From: Candidatus Kuenenia stuttgartensis
Lineage (GTDB): Bacteria; Planctomycetota; Planctomycetia; Pirellulales; UBA1268
Direction of reading: 5' to 3'
Assembly: GCA_945877135.1 (NCBI GenBank)
Contig: CAMCQY010000005.1
Coordinates: forward strand, 1 to 60,922
Length of the DNA stretch: 60,922 bases
Below are positions 1-10,709 of this stretch, piece after piece. Each line of letters starts with the position of its first letter. Within the stretch, counting starts at the first letter, position 1. The position numbers and the translations under genes were made by a program. Below the pieces are notes generated by a model, which saw only the letters and a program-made list of their open reading frames with translations, was not told the DNA's origin and made no database searches.

Positions 1-596
1 GCCTGCACCGCCCGGTCGAGCGTACACATGCTGTGCACCGGCGGCGGACAGAGCAGCAGTTTGAGCCGCGTGCCGGGCAGGAAGACGCGCTTCGCCACGT
101 CGCCCAAGTGAGCGCGATCGTAGATCAACGCGAACCGCAGCACGCACAGGCTGCGGAAGGACTCGGCGAGAAGCAGTTGCTCGGCTTGAAGCTTCGAGGC
201 GGCATAGGCCGCTTCTTCAGCCGGAATCGCATGCTTCTGGTCGAGCAACTCGTAGACCGCGACCGACGATGCGTGAACGAACCGGACCGCCTCGCTCCGC
301 CCCTCGGCCCGCAACGCCGCGATGAGGTTGCGGGTCGTGGTGGTGTTGGCCAGCAGCAATTCGTCGAGTGTGAGGCCGCGGAAGTCGTGGGCCCGGGCCG
401 CGAGGTGCACGACGGTGTCGACGTCGCCGACCGTGCGCACGGCATTGTGCGTGGCTTCCGCGTCGGTGAGATCGCAGACGGCAGTGTCCAAGTCCGGATG
501 CCGGCCTATCGTCACAACTTCGTGACCACGAGCGCGCAGTGCCGCCACAGCCGCTGTGCCGAGATACCCGGATCCACCCGTGACGAGAATCCTCAC
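1..596 (-). CDS. NAD-dependent epimerase/dehydratase (extended SDR), 3'-truncated by window edge
   Basis: Not in ORF track; manual translation from GTG at 596 gives MRILVTGGSGYLG...VVHLAA...HASSVAVY...YAASK; GTGA overlap with stop of upstream deacetylase. Confidence 0.88.
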   Translation of the reverse strand, partial: MRILVTGGSGYLGTAAVAALRARGHEVVTIGRHPDLDTAVCDLTDAEATHNAVRTVGDVDTVVHLAARAHDFRGLTLDELLLANTTTTRNLIAALRAEGRSEAVRFVHASSVAVYELLDQKHAIPAEEAAYAASKLQAEQLLLAESFRSLCVLRFALIYDRAHLGDVAKRVFLPGTRLKLLLCPPPVHSMCTLDRAVQ

Positions 597-1462
597 GCCT
601 TTACCACCGACTGCTCGCACAGGTCGCGAAACGTCACGAACGAAAACCCGTCGTCCTTCAGGAGCCTCACGAGCCGATCCAGCTTCTTCGCCACACCGGC
701 CCGCCCCAGCCCAAACCGCAATCGCTGCGGGTAGGAGAGCTTCGCCGCGGCGGCGGGCAGCGGACATGGTGACAGTTCGAAGGGATGGATGTAGAGGACA
801 TACAGCGGGCTGCCTCGCACGTAGGCTTGGATCAGCGGCCGCATGATCGCCCATGGCGCGATCCGCAGGTAGCCACCACCCGAGACGGGCAACCGCTTCC
901 CGAGCACGGGCAACGTGCTCACCTCAAATTCGTGAAAGCCATGCCGCATGGAATGCCCTGGGGAGACAACATCGAAGTCTTTGACATCCAGGCTGCCGTA
1001 GAGGGGATGCCCAGTGAAGTCGATGCGGCTCGAGTCATACGTGTAGCCCGCTCTCCACACCTCTTCCAGCCTCGTGCGATCCAGGCTGAAGCATGGCGCC
1101 CGGAATCCCTCCACGCTTCGCTGCACGACATGTTCGAGCGTGGCCTTACTCTGCCTAAGATCGTCGGCGAACTCCCCGACGGTCATCTTCAGGGGCCGCT
1201 TGTGCGCTACGCCGTGCGAGGCGATTTCGTGCCCCGCCGCCGCCATCGCCCGGAGCGTGCCTCCCAGGCGTTCCGCCAGCTCGCCCAGGACGAAGAAAGT
1301 CGTACGGATCGAATGGCGCTCGAGGAGAGACAGGTAGACGTCGAGTCCGTCCAGCATGCTCGACGAGCGATCCGTCTTCAGACCGGAAAAATAGTCGAGG
1401 TGGTACCAGTCCTCGACGTCCATGCTGAGCACCGCGTATCGCTTCACGGCATTCTGCTCCAC
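593..1462 (-). CDS. Polysaccharide deacetylase (NodB fold, DUF3473-type C-terminus)
   Basis: SMDVEDWYH, HEIASHG, GFRAPCFS, YDSS, PVSGGGYLR, YIHPFE motifs; start trimmed to GTG 1462. Confidence 0.88.
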   Translation of the reverse strand: MEQNAVKRYAVLSMDVEDWYHLDYFSGLKTDRSSSMLDGLDVYLSLLERHSIRTTFFVLGELAERLGGTLRAMAAAGHEIASHGVAHKRPLKMTVGEFADDLRQSKATLEHVVQRSVEGFRAPCFSLDRTRLEEVWRAGYTYDSSRIDFTGHPLYGSLDVKDFDVVSPGHSMRHGFHEFEVSTLPVLGKRLPVSGGGYLRIAPWAIMRPLIQAYVRGSPLYVLYIHPFELSPCPLPAAAAKLSYPQRLRFGLGRAGVAKKLDRLVRLLKDDGFSFVTFRDLCEQSVVKA

Positions 1463-1484
1463 GAATCCACCATCACGACACGTT

Positions 1485-3257
1485 TCACGGTCGATCCGCC
1501 TCGTCATCCGCCGCCGATCCACGTTCCTGTCCGGACTCCGGCCCGGGCTCCCGGTCGAATGGAGGCAACGCGAAGACCCGCAAAGCGTATCCATACCGCC
1601 CGTTCCCCGGAAGTTCCACCGGCACCTCGCGGGCCGACCTGATGATAGGGCAGCGATTGGGATCACCCCACACGGCCAGATAGGCGATGTCGTGCTTGCG
1701 CAATTGTCGTTCCTGCTCCTCCGCCGGCGCGTCCGGGGGGAGCATGCCGTAATACCGTGCGTCGAGGTAATAGGCAATGCTGCCGGTGATGCCCCACTCC
1801 AGATCGGAGGCGATCCGCGCTCCGGAAGGGATCGTGGGCCTGAGTTGCTCCGCCACCGCAGGCGTCACCTCCAGGACATGGTCCCACAGACGCACAAGAA
1901 TCCAGACAGGCCAGAGCGAAAAGGAAATCAAAGCCACGACGGCCCAGACCGATCGCCAGGGATCGCGGCGCAGGACTGGCAGGGTGGTGGAAAGCAGGCC
2001 CGCTGAGACCGCCAGCAGGAATGTCATCAGCCAGAAGTATCGCTCCACGATGAAAATCACGAGGTAGCCAGATGGGTAGAGCAGCAGCGTGCCCAGCAGG
2101 ATCGTGCAGCGATCACGCGCGGGGCCACGCGGCACGAACCAATACGACGCCAGCAAAGCGAGCAGAATGAACGGCGACAGAAAACAAAATCGGACAAGGG
2201 TCCAGAGCAGCCGCACGAGGTTGTGCGAGAAGTGGGCCAAGGACTCGCGGCAACGATCCCAGACGCCCGGGGATCGCTGAACGGTCGCTTTCACCGCGTT
2301 CCGGGCGGGCGGGGCTGGTGAACTGACTACCGCGTTGGGAGACGACTTGCCGCCCTGCTCGGCTTGAGGCTTCGATCGCGTTTTTTTCCGCACCACGCGG
2401 TCCGGAGTGCGCAAGTCGGTGGGGTCTTCCCAGGCGGTGATGGCAGTGGCGTTGGACGGGGAAAACAACCCACCGCCCCGGAAGAGACCGCCCCCGCCCC
2501 CTTTGAAGAGGCTGAACTGATAGGAACCCGTTGTGCCGATCGTGATTCGGGAATATTTGTGGCTCAGCAGGCCCGCCCAACTGCCCGCGATCAGCGCGAA
2601 GACAAGCAAGCCCATCGCGGTGGCTGCCACCAGTCGTCGCACCTCCTCCCCACTTGAGCGTCTTCGCAGCAGCAGGTAGCCCGAGACCGCGAGGAAGTGC
2701 GCCAGGAAGAAGGGAAACGCATAGGCCTTGGCCAGGTACGCAAGCGCCCCCAGCAGACCGCACGCAGCACCCTGCCAGAGCGAGCGCGGGTAGTCGGCCC
2801 CGATCACGACACCAAGGTAGACCACGAGGATCACTGCCACGAGCAGGTCCGGTGTCGTATCGGTCAGGGTATACATGGCAACCGCCGGCACGACGCAGAG
2901 CGTCGTCCAAGTGCAAACCGACTCGGGAAGCTCCAACCGCTTTCCAAGCCGCCATACGGCCGCCAACGCGGCCACGCCAATCGCGATCATCAGACACTTG
3001 GCGGTGACCTCCGTCGGTGCTCCCAGGCAGAGCAGCGGCGCGAGGATCCAGGAAAACAACGGGCTCCAGTAGCCGTTGATCGCCTGCGCAAAATCCCACG
3101 CCCGATACTTTCTCGCGATCGTCAGATAGGAGACGGTATCGGGCGCAACCCGGTGGAGATGCCAAGGAAGGGAGACGACGCAGACAAGAAGATAGCCCAG
3201 CACGATCCTCACCAACGGATGTCCGAACAGAATGCGTGTCGGGCGTTGCATGTTCAT
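1485..3257 (-). CDS. Polytopic membrane protein, probable GT-C fold glycosyltransferase
   Basis: ~11-12 hydrophobic segments; N-terminal PDxxSY acidic loop and GYWSPL; polysaccharide locus context. Confidence 0.6.
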   Translation of the reverse strand: MNMQRPTRILFGHPLVRIVLGYLLVCVVSLPWHLHRVAPDTVSYLTIARKYRAWDFAQAINGYWSPLFSWILAPLLCLGAPTEVTAKCLMIAIGVAALAAVWRLGKRLELPESVCTWTTLCVVPAVAMYTLTDTTPDLLVAVILVVYLGVVIGADYPRSLWQGAACGLLGALAYLAKAYAFPFFLAHFLAVSGYLLLRRRSSGEEVRRLVAATAMGLLVFALIAGSWAGLLSHKYSRITIGTTGSYQFSLFKGGGGGLFRGGGLFSPSNATAITAWEDPTDLRTPDRVVRKKTRSKPQAEQGGKSSPNAVVSSPAPPARNAVKATVQRSPGVWDRCRESLAHFSHNLVRLLWTLVRFCFLSPFILLALLASYWFVPRGPARDRCTILLGTLLLYPSGYLVIFIVERYFWLMTFLLAVSAGLLSTTLPVLRRDPWRSVWAVVALISFSLWPVWILVRLWDHVLEVTPAVAEQLRPTIPSGARIASDLEWGITGSIAYYLDARYYGMLPPDAPAEEQERQLRKHDIAYLAVWGDPNRCPIIRSAREVPVELPGNGRYGYALRVFALPPFDREPGPESGQERGSAADDEADRP

Positions 3258-3391
3258 GGGAGAACGAACCCGCGGCAGCCGTTCGTCACTCGACGATCAT
3301 CTGCAGTCACAACTCCACCTTTCACGGTTTTCAACAGCATGCTCACGACTTCGACGCTTCGAGGATACACCGGGGTTACCGGGACCACGTT

Positions 3392-4456
3392 CTAGCAGAC
3401 CGCATGAATCGCAGCAGCCCACTCAGCGGCGATCCGATCGTACGCAAACTGACGGCGAGCAAATTCCCGGACCCTGGCCCCCTCGCGAATGGCCTCGTCG
3501 CGCGATGAGAGCACCCGCACGAGGGTGTCGATCCACTGCTGGACATCGTTGTCCCCGACGAGAAACCCGGCCCCCGCGGCATGGAGCACCTGCCCGGCGT
3601 GGCCAATGTCCGTCACGACGGGTACAGTGCCCGCCGCCATGTAGGTCTTGGTTTTGTAACAGCCCTTCGCGGAACCGTAGGCATCGGTCTCCAAGCGGCA
3701 GAAGCCCGCCCAGGCACGCGGAATGAACTCCTGTTCGTTGGCAGGGGAAAAGGGCACCCACCTCCACGGCATCGGTAGCGACAGGGCCGGCTTCCGATAT
3801 CCGGACAGGACAACGAGGTCGAACGGACATGCGCGATGCACGGCGGCGAGGATGTCCCGCATCTGCACCAATTCGGTCTGGCTGAATGGTCCCCCGGCCC
3901 ATACCAGCGTGGCCACCTCGGCCTTCTCCGTTGCGCTGCTGTCGAAACGGTCGCAGTCCACCGGCTCCTCGATAGCGAACACCGGTTTCCCCGGATACGA
4001 CTCCTCGCACAGTTCCTTCAGCCGCAGGGTGGGCACGATGATGGCATCGGCGAGATCGCACCGCGACCTGGCCCGAAGGGCCAAATCGGGCATGGCGAAC
4101 CAGTTGTCGAAGTAATTGTAGATGTAGGTGTTCCGCCTCGCGATCTCTCGCTCAAATGCCGCGGTCGCGTCTCCACGCCACAATTCGTCGCGCACACAGA
4201 CCACGCCGTCCGGAGCGAGCCGTCGCACGGCAGCGCCGATCATCGCAGGCCGCACGGTGCGGTTGTAGATCCCGTGGCGAAACGGAACGAGTGATATCGG
4301 AAACGCGTCGAGCAGGTCGTCGTGCCAGTGAGGCGTGATGTCGGACAGGCTTACGGGTGAGAAGTATGGGGTCATGGCTTCCGCGAACACCTGCGAAAAG
4401 ATGTCGTCGCCGCTGCGGTAGCGACGGGGGGCCCGGAACAATGAGAGCGATTTCAT
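3392..4456 (-). CDS. Glycosyltransferase (GT-B, GT4-like)
   Basis: KxxxYMAAGxVPVVTDIG C-terminal motif; ATGA overlap with upstream GT. Confidence 0.8.
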   Translation of the reverse strand: MKSLSLFRAPRRYRSGDDIFSQVFAEAMTPYFSPVSLSDITPHWHDDLLDAFPISLVPFRHGIYNRTVRPAMIGAAVRRLAPDGVVCVRDELWRGDATAAFEREIARRNTYIYNYFDNWFAMPDLALRARSRCDLADAIIVPTLRLKELCEESYPGKPVFAIEEPVDCDRFDSSATEKAEVATLVWAGGPFSQTELVQMRDILAAVHRACPFDLVVLSGYRKPALSLPMPWRWVPFSPANEQEFIPRAWAGFCRLETDAYGSAKGCYKTKTYMAAGTVPVVTDIGHAGQVLHAAGAGFLVGDNDVQQWIDTLVRVLSSRDEAIREGARVREFARRQFAYDRIAAEWAAAIHAVC

Positions 4457-5688
4457 CGCGAATCCCGACTTGCCTCGTCGAGGATGTCGCAGAAGCGACC
4501 GAGGAGCCCGATGCTCGAAAAAGATTCGGAGACGAGCCCGGTGGCCCGACGGCCCATCGCCTCACGACCGTCTTGCCCCATCGAAACCAGCTCACGGATC
4601 GCCGCGACCGCCGCCTGAACATCGCCATGGGCGACGATCCTACCAATGTCGCCGTCGCGAAAAATGTCGCCCACATGCGATGCTTCCGGCCCGAAGAACA
4701 GCACCGGCCGGCCGATGGCCATCGCGCCGTAGATCTTGCAGGGATGGATCACGCCCACAGCACTGTCGGCCAGGCTCACGACATGGACATCCGCCGCCGA
4801 CAGGCTCGTTCCGAGCCGGGAAAGCGGTTGAAATGGCAGCGAGCGGATGTTTTTGGCCCCCTCCGCGATCCGACGATCAACGTCGTGTTTGCCGACGCCG
4901 CCGCCAATGAACACGAACAGCAAGTCTTGCCGCTCCTCGAGTAAGCGGGCAGCTTCGAGAAGGGTCTCCAGCGGTGTCTGGATACCGTGGTTGCCGGAAT
5001 ACATCACGACGAATCTGTCGCCAAAGCCATGCTCATCGCGAAATGCATTCGGCCTGCTCGGCACGGCCTTCAGCACATCCTCATGCGGCCACGGCGGCAG
5101 GACGTGTATCTTCTCGGACACATTGAGCTTTGCAATCACACGCTCCCGCATGAACCGGTCCATGACCACGACCGCCCGCGACCGCCGAAGCGTGACACGA
5201 TTCATCCAGTCGAAGGCTCGGGTGACCAGGGACCGTGGCGACAGTTTTCCCGACACGACCATCTGGTCGGGATTCAGGTCCATGACCCACCACATAAGAG
5301 GCACACGACGCAGCCAGGAGAGCACCGTCCCGCCGATCCCCGCAAACGGCGGGCTGGTGCTCACCAGCACAAGCCTGAGCCTACGAGTGAACAATCCCAG
5401 GGCGATTGCCTGCACCATGAAGCATGCCTGGCCGAGCAGTCGGATCGGGATCGAACGCTTCCCGAAACTCGACAGTGGCAGCCGTCGGACATCGACACCG
5501 TCGAGGCATTCGCGGCTCGGATACCGCTTGCTCGGGTCGTCGTAGCCGCGTGCCGACGTGTAGACCACCACCCGCCAACCACGCCGCACCATCTCCTTGG
5601 CGACGTCGGCGATGTGCTGACCCACCGACGCTGGGTCTGGCACATAGACCTGCGTGATGATCAACAGCGTCTTTGGTTTGCCGGACAT
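4453..5688 (-). CDS. Glycosyltransferase family 4 (WbuB-like)
   Basis: ITQVYVPD, STSPPF, VMDLNPD, MYSGNHG, HPCKIYGAMAIGRPV. Confidence 0.9.
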   Translation of the reverse strand: MSGKPKTLLIITQVYVPDPASVGQHIADVAKEMVRRGWRVVVYTSARGYDDPSKRYPSRECLDGVDVRRLPLSSFGKRSIPIRLLGQACFMVQAIALGLFTRRLRLVLVSTSPPFAGIGGTVLSWLRRVPLMWWVMDLNPDQMVVSGKLSPRSLVTRAFDWMNRVTLRRSRAVVVMDRFMRERVIAKLNVSEKIHVLPPWPHEDVLKAVPSRPNAFRDEHGFGDRFVVMYSGNHGIQTPLETLLEAARLLEERQDLLFVFIGGGVGKHDVDRRIAEGAKNIRSLPFQPLSRLGTSLSAADVHVVSLADSAVGVIHPCKIYGAMAIGRPVLFFGPEASHVGDIFRDGDIGRIVAHGDVQAAVAAIRELVSMGQDGREAMGRRATGLVSESFSSIGLLGRFCDILDEASRDSR

Positions 5689-5730
5689 GGTCAGAATACC
5701 GAATCGATCACCATCCAGGCCGGATTGGGT

Positions 5731-6861
5731 TCAGCCTGGCACGCCGTAACCGAGCGGAATGCCCTGCCGCCAAGTGTCCATGTGCTTCGACTCGGCAACG
5801 TAGCCATCCCCGGGGATTGGCTTCGATCCGTGGCTGTACCCACTGGTGGCCAGGCTCTTCGCGTCGGCGGCGTTGCATTCCTTGCGGAACTCTTCCTCGA
5901 TCCAACGGTAGGTCGCCGCGATGCCCTGCTTCAACGAAATCGAAGGCTCCCAGCCGAGGTAGGACTTGATCTTCGTGTTGTCGCTGTTGCGGCCCGCCAC
6001 GCCGCGGGGCGCGTCGAGCTTGTAGTGCCGCTTCAGCTTGATGCCCGCGATCTCCTCGGCGATGTCGACCAATTGGTTGATGGTCACCAGTTCGCTTGAG
6101 CCCAGATTGATCGGTTCATAGATCTGCGAATCGATAATCTTGCCGATGCCTTCGACGCAGTCATCGATGTACATGAACGAACGCGTCTGCGTGCCGTCGC
6201 CCCAAATCTCGATCGAGTGGTCGCCCGACGCCTTGGCAGCGATCACCTTGCGACAGACGGCGGCGGGAGCCTTTTCGCGGCCGCCCCGCCATGTGCCATT
6301 CGGCCCATAGACGTTGTGAAACCTCGCAACACGCGTCTGGATGCCGAAGTCCTCGCGGAAGTGCCGGCACATCCGCTCGCTGAACAGCTTTTCCCAGCCG
6401 TACCCGTCTTCCGGCAGGCCGGGATAGGCGTCTGCCTCCGCCAGAGCCGTCACATGGGGATTGACCTGCTTGTCGGCGTTGTAGACACACGCGGACGAGC
6501 TGAAGAAGAACCGCTTCACGCCTGCTTCCTGCGACGCCAGGAGCATGTGGGTATTGGTGAGCACGCTGAGCATGCAGAGGGCCTTGTTGTTCTCGATGAA
6601 CCCCATGCCTCCCATGTCGGCCGCCAACTGGTAGACGTCGCTGGCACCGCGGCATACCGTGCGGCAGACGCGAAAGTCGCGGGCGTCGCCATCGGCAGGT
6701 CCGGCGAAGTTCTCCGCGGCCGGCGACACCTGATACCAGTCTTCGAGCGGCTTGATGTCGACCGCCCGCACGTGGCAGGTGCCGAGATCGAGCAGCTTCT
6801 TGACGAGATGGCCACCGATGAATCCGCCACCGCCTGCCACCACCACGACCCGCTTGTTCAC
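5731..6861 (-). CDS. GDP-mannose 3,5-epimerase-like NAD-dependent epimerase
   Basis: AGGGGFIG, LAADMGGMGFI, SSACVY, YGWEK, GGREKAPAA; GTG start with AAGGAG upstream. Confidence 0.88.
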   Translation of the reverse strand: MNKRVVVVAGGGGFIGGHLVKKLLDLGTCHVRAVDIKPLEDWYQVSPAAENFAGPADGDARDFRVCRTVCRGASDVYQLAADMGGMGFIENNKALCMLSVLTNTHMLLASQEAGVKRFFFSSSACVYNADKQVNPHVTALAEADAYPGLPEDGYGWEKLFSERMCRHFREDFGIQTRVARFHNVYGPNGTWRGGREKAPAAVCRKVIAAKASGDHSIEIWGDGTQTRSFMYIDDCVEGIGKIIDSQIYEPINLGSSELVTINQLVDIAEEIAGIKLKRHYKLDAPRGVAGRNSDNTKIKSYLGWEPSISLKQGIAATYRWIEEEFRKECNAADAKSLATSGYSHGSKPIPGDGYVAESKHMDTWRQGIPLGYGVPG

Positions 6862-7142
6862 TTGCAATCTCCTTTGTTGAACGGCGACGCCTCTGCGACC
6901 TTTGCCTCGTACGTACAAACTTTCATGCCGACATACCGAAAAAGGAAAACCAGAAAAGGACTATCCCATGGTACTTCGTTTTTGCCGCCACGTGCGCGTC
7001 GGCCCACTTGCCTCCCCCTTCGCAAGCCGGAGAACACGCTGCCTGGGCGCCTCCCATGTGGAATAATCGTTGCGACTGGAGGACGTTTCCCGCATTCCTT
7101 CGAAAACCAGGCGTCCCATGGAAATCGGCCTGCCCGTGGACG

Positions 7143-8327
7143 TCACGACACGGTTGCGTGGCCCTGCTCGCTTCGGACGTCCCCGAGGACCGATAGGTAT
7201 TGGTCCGCCACCGTGGCGAGCGTGAACTTCGAGAACGCTCGTTCGTAGCCATCGCGGGCATACCGCTCCCGAAGATCCGTGTCGTTCATCATGGTTTCCA
7301 TGCCGCTCCGGAGCGATTCCGGCGATGTGACGTCGACCAGCATGCCGGCGCGTCCGTCGTCGAGGATCCAGGGGACAGCCCCGGAATCGACGCCAGCGAT
7401 CACCGGCACCCGCTGCGACATGGCCTCGAGGATGGACGACCCGAACGATTCCTCCAGGGTCGGATGCACAAAGGCGTCGGTGTGTTCACGGAGCTGACGC
7501 AGCACGTCGGCGTGCGACAGGTGACCTAAAAATCGCACGCCTGCGGAGAAACCCCTGCCAGTGGCCCATTTCGCCGCCGGACCGCCGGGCTCGAAGCCGC
7601 GACCAATCAAGTGCAGTCGACAATCGGGGTGCCGCCTCAACAGCTCCGCAAACCCGGCGAGCAGTGGCTCGGGATTCTTGCGGGGATCCCAGCCGGCCAC
7701 GGTGGTGAAAGTGAACGGCCGCACGGGACGAGCCGACTTGGCGTTGGCAAAGATCTCGGGCCGGATGCCGTTGGGAATGACCACCGGGGATGACTTTAAC
7801 ACGTAGGAGTCAAGCAACTCCTGGCGCATGTAGGGCGACACGGCCGTGAGGCGGGGAATCCGCGGAATCAGCCAGTCGGCGTAGAATTTATTGTAGAGTC
7901 TGTACGGCGACGGAGAGTGCCTGAGAATCTGGCGGGGCGAGTCCCGAGCGGTCACCAGGCAGGGACAGCCGCTGCCGAGGGCGGCGTGGGCGAATTCGTA
8001 GGTCCACTGTGCGTGGATCACGTCCGGCTTCCGGCGGGAGAGTGCCGCAATCATCTGCCGTCGTTCTCTTCGGAAGGCGTCGATGCAGAAGAGGTAGGCC
8101 CGCCGGGTGGGAACGGCATCAATGCTGAGCCGGTCGTTCGACCACGAGTACGGTGATGGCAGGCGGTGGATCGTGGTCATGATAGAGACCTCGTGGCCGC
8201 GACGCAGGTACTCACGGACGAGATACGCACCAAACGCATACTGAAAGCCGACGGGGGTGGTAGTCACATCCACACCCTCTTCCTGCAGGAGATGCAGGGA
8301 AATCGGGCCCATGTAGGCGATCCTCAT
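7143..8327 (-). CDS. Glycosyltransferase family 4
   Basis: VIPNGI, RKNP, ESFGSSILEAM; start trimmed to MRIAY, 1 nt after upstream stop. Confidence 0.88.
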   Translation of the reverse strand: MRIAYMGPISLHLLQEEGVDVTTTPVGFQYAFGAYLVREYLRRGHEVSIMTTIHRLPSPYSWSNDRLSIDAVPTRRAYLFCIDAFRRERRQMIAALSRRKPDVIHAQWTYEFAHAALGSGCPCLVTARDSPRQILRHSPSPYRLYNKFYADWLIPRIPRLTAVSPYMRQELLDSYVLKSSPVVIPNGIRPEIFANAKSARPVRPFTFTTVAGWDPRKNPEPLLAGFAELLRRHPDCRLHLIGRGFEPGGPAAKWATGRGFSAGVRFLGHLSHADVLRQLREHTDAFVHPTLEESFGSSILEAMSQRVPVIAGVDSGAVPWILDDGRAGMLVDVTSPESLRSGMETMMNDTDLRERYARDGYERAFSKFTLATVADQYLSVLGDVRSEQGHATVS

Positions 8328-8328
8328 C

Positions 8329-9552
8329 TCAGCCAGACCTCTCCGCCGGGGCTTCATTGTCGAAGGCGACGAAATCCGGTCGCCGCGGCTGCCTGCCAAG
8401 CAGCCAGTCATACGTCTGCATGAGCAATCGTGACTCGGCCTCCCATGTGTATTCAGCGTCGATCCACGCCGCCCCGCGTTCGCCTCTGGCGACCAACTCT
8501 GCTCGCGGCAACGGCAGAGCGGCTCGAAGCGTATCGAGAAGCGCCTTTTGTGACGGATCGATCCACCAGCCGCATCCATGATCGATGATGCCCGACCAGG
8601 GGGCGCCGGTCGTCGTGATGACCGGAAGACCGTGCGATAACGCCTCCCCAATCACGAGGCCAAAATTCTCGCTGATCGTGGGAAGGACGAAGAGTTCGCT
8701 TGCGAGATAGGCAGCCGTCTTGCGCTCCGCGTACAGCGGACCGGTGATGGTGGTGCGGTCGAGGACGCCGCCGTCCCTGAGAATCGCCACCACTTCCCTC
8801 AGATGCGATCGTTCATCTGGCCCGACCACCACGAGATGCCAGTCGGGATACTGTCGGGCGCATTCGACCCAGGCACGCGCGAGTGTTGTCACACCCTTGA
8901 TCGGCTCGATGCGGGACAGAAACAGCAACAGCCGCCGCCCCTGCGTCTCGGGAAAATCGCGGCGAAATGCGGCCTCGAGCATGGCGGCACGGTCGGGACC
9001 GACCCGTTTGGCGGGTGTGATGCCATTGGGAATCATGGCGATCGGGCCACGGTAGCCGAACAGCCGAAACGCATCTGCCTCGTCGGGGGCTGTCGCATGG
9101 AGGCAGCTTGCCTGGTTCAGCATGGCGCGGTCTGCAAATAAGGTGGCCACGCGTTTCTTCAGGCTGCTCTTCTTCAGGCGGGCCGGCTGCAACAAGCCGT
9201 GCGGCGAGATTACGTAGGGAATGCCCGCCCTGCGGGCGGCGGTGGCGGCCACCCAGTCGGGAAACTGCCAAATCCCGTGGATGTGCACGACGTCGTGCTC
9301 GGACGCGAGGTGCTCGATGTGGCGGTGCATTTCACGGCTGTACCAGATCGTGTGCCGAAACGTCGGAGGGTACTTCAATACGCACACCCCATGCGCCTCG
9401 GCATCATCGACCGACTGAGCGGAATCGCCGGCGAGTGTCGCCAAGGTCACGTCTACACCTGCATCGACCATGGCGGTGCAAATCGCAGGAATGACCTCGG
9501 CGGGTCCCCCGGTGTTTTTCCAGAGCCCGGTGATGACGTGGAGCACACGCAT
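8329..9552 (-). CDS. Glycosyltransferase family 4
   Basis: MRVLHV..GGP, SPHG, LSRIEPIKG, ENFGLVIGEAL. Confidence 0.92.
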   Translation of the reverse strand: MRVLHVITGLWKNTGGPAEVIPAICTAMVDAGVDVTLATLAGDSAQSVDDAEAHGVCVLKYPPTFRHTIWYSREMHRHIEHLASEHDVVHIHGIWQFPDWVAATAARRAGIPYVISPHGLLQPARLKKSSLKKRVATLFADRAMLNQASCLHATAPDEADAFRLFGYRGPIAMIPNGITPAKRVGPDRAAMLEAAFRRDFPETQGRRLLLFLSRIEPIKGVTTLARAWVECARQYPDWHLVVVGPDERSHLREVVAILRDGGVLDRTTITGPLYAERKTAAYLASELFVLPTISENFGLVIGEALSHGLPVITTTGAPWSGIIDHGCGWWIDPSQKALLDTLRAALPLPRAELVARGERGAAWIDAEYTWEAESRLLMQTYDWLLGRQPRRPDFVAFDNEAPAERSG

Positions 9553-9557
9553 GGAGG

Positions 9558-10706
9558 CTAGGCCCGGAGGCCGGCTCCGTTCCCAGCCGCGTCGTGGGAA
9601 TGGCCGGCCTGCGGTGTCTCTCTGGCCGTCAGCCGCACGCCGGTGAGATCCGTCACAAATCCTGCGACCTCCCGTGCGAAACGTTCTGGCCCGAAGTCAC
9701 AAGCCCGGGCGTGTGCCGAATCGGCGAGCGCATCAACCGCTTCGTCAGACAGTTCGCTCACGTGCGCCAAAGCATCTCGTATGGCCGCAGCACTGCCCGG
9801 GGCGAACTTCAGCGGGGAATCCTCCGGCATCAGTTCGTACGTCGCGCCGACCGTGCTGGAGGCCGCCAACACGCAGCGGCCGAGGGCGGCCTCATGGAGC
9901 GCCACCCCCCAGTTGTCGTTGCGGCTGGGCAGGATGAAGACCCGCGCCTCGGCCAGATGCCGGGCCACCGTCTCCGAATCGCAAAACGGTAGGTACTCAC
10001 ATCCGGGTGTCGCGGCGGCCACCGCCGCCAGCGGCCCATCCCCGATGCAACGCAGACGCCAGCCACGCGCCAGCAGTCCCGATGCCTGAAAGCCCTCGAG
10101 GAGCACGTCCACGCCCTTGCGATGAACCATTTGCCCTACGAAGAGAATGATCTTGGGCCGCCGAGATGCCGCCGACGAGGCGTTGAACAGTGCCGGATCG
10201 GCACCATACAAGCCCTCCCGCACATGAGCATCCGGCACGCCGAAGAATCGCATCAGGCTGCGGGCTCCGTGACCAGGCACGAAAAACCGGTCGAACTGAG
10301 CACGCAGTCCGAGCCTGAAGCGGATCGCTCCCAGCAACTGCCGGACTGTGTGCCGCCGGCGATTGTCGGCCATACAGACGACTGCGTGCCCCTGCTGCTT
10401 GGCCTCCGCGGCGAGCCTCGTGCACAGCGGGAAAGCCCAGCCGGTGGCAAACACGACGTCGGGAATGCGAGCCGTCACGTCGCCCCACGATGGGGTGTCG
10501 GTCCCGCCGTCGTACCAGTGAATGGGAAAGGCGATCGTCCGATCGATTTCAGTTGTCGGGAACGGCGGCCTGCTGCCGACGACCGTGACAGCAAGATCCT
10601 CGATGGATCTCAACGCACTGATCTGGCGGGCGGCATACAACGGGAGACCTTCCCAGACGAAGCCGACCGAGACACCGGAAGAACGCATGGTGCGGATCGG
10701 TGGCAT
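9558..10706 (-). CDS. Glycosyltransferase family 4
   Basis: FVGQMVHRKG, LPSRNDNWGVALHEA. Confidence 0.88.
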   Translation of the reverse strand: MPPIRTMRSSGVSVGFVWEGLPLYAARQISALRSIEDLAVTVVGSRPPFPTTEIDRTIAFPIHWYDGGTDTPSWGDVTARIPDVVFATGWAFPLCTRLAAEAKQQGHAVVCMADNRRRHTVRQLLGAIRFRLGLRAQFDRFFVPGHGARSLMRFFGVPDAHVREGLYGADPALFNASSAASRRPKIILFVGQMVHRKGVDVLLEGFQASGLLARGWRLRCIGDGPLAAVAAATPGCEYLPFCDSETVARHLAEARVFILPSRNDNWGVALHEAALGRCVLAASSTVGATYELMPEDSPLKFAPGSAAAIRDALAHVSELSDEAVDALADSAHARACDFGPERFAREVAGFVTDLTGVRLTARETPQAGHSHDAAGNGAGLRA

Positions 10707-10709
10707 GGA

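Noticed and set aside
6964-7120. Three TCCCATG copies in an intergenic gap
   Set aside because: Short, irregularly spaced (88 and 62 bp); could be chance
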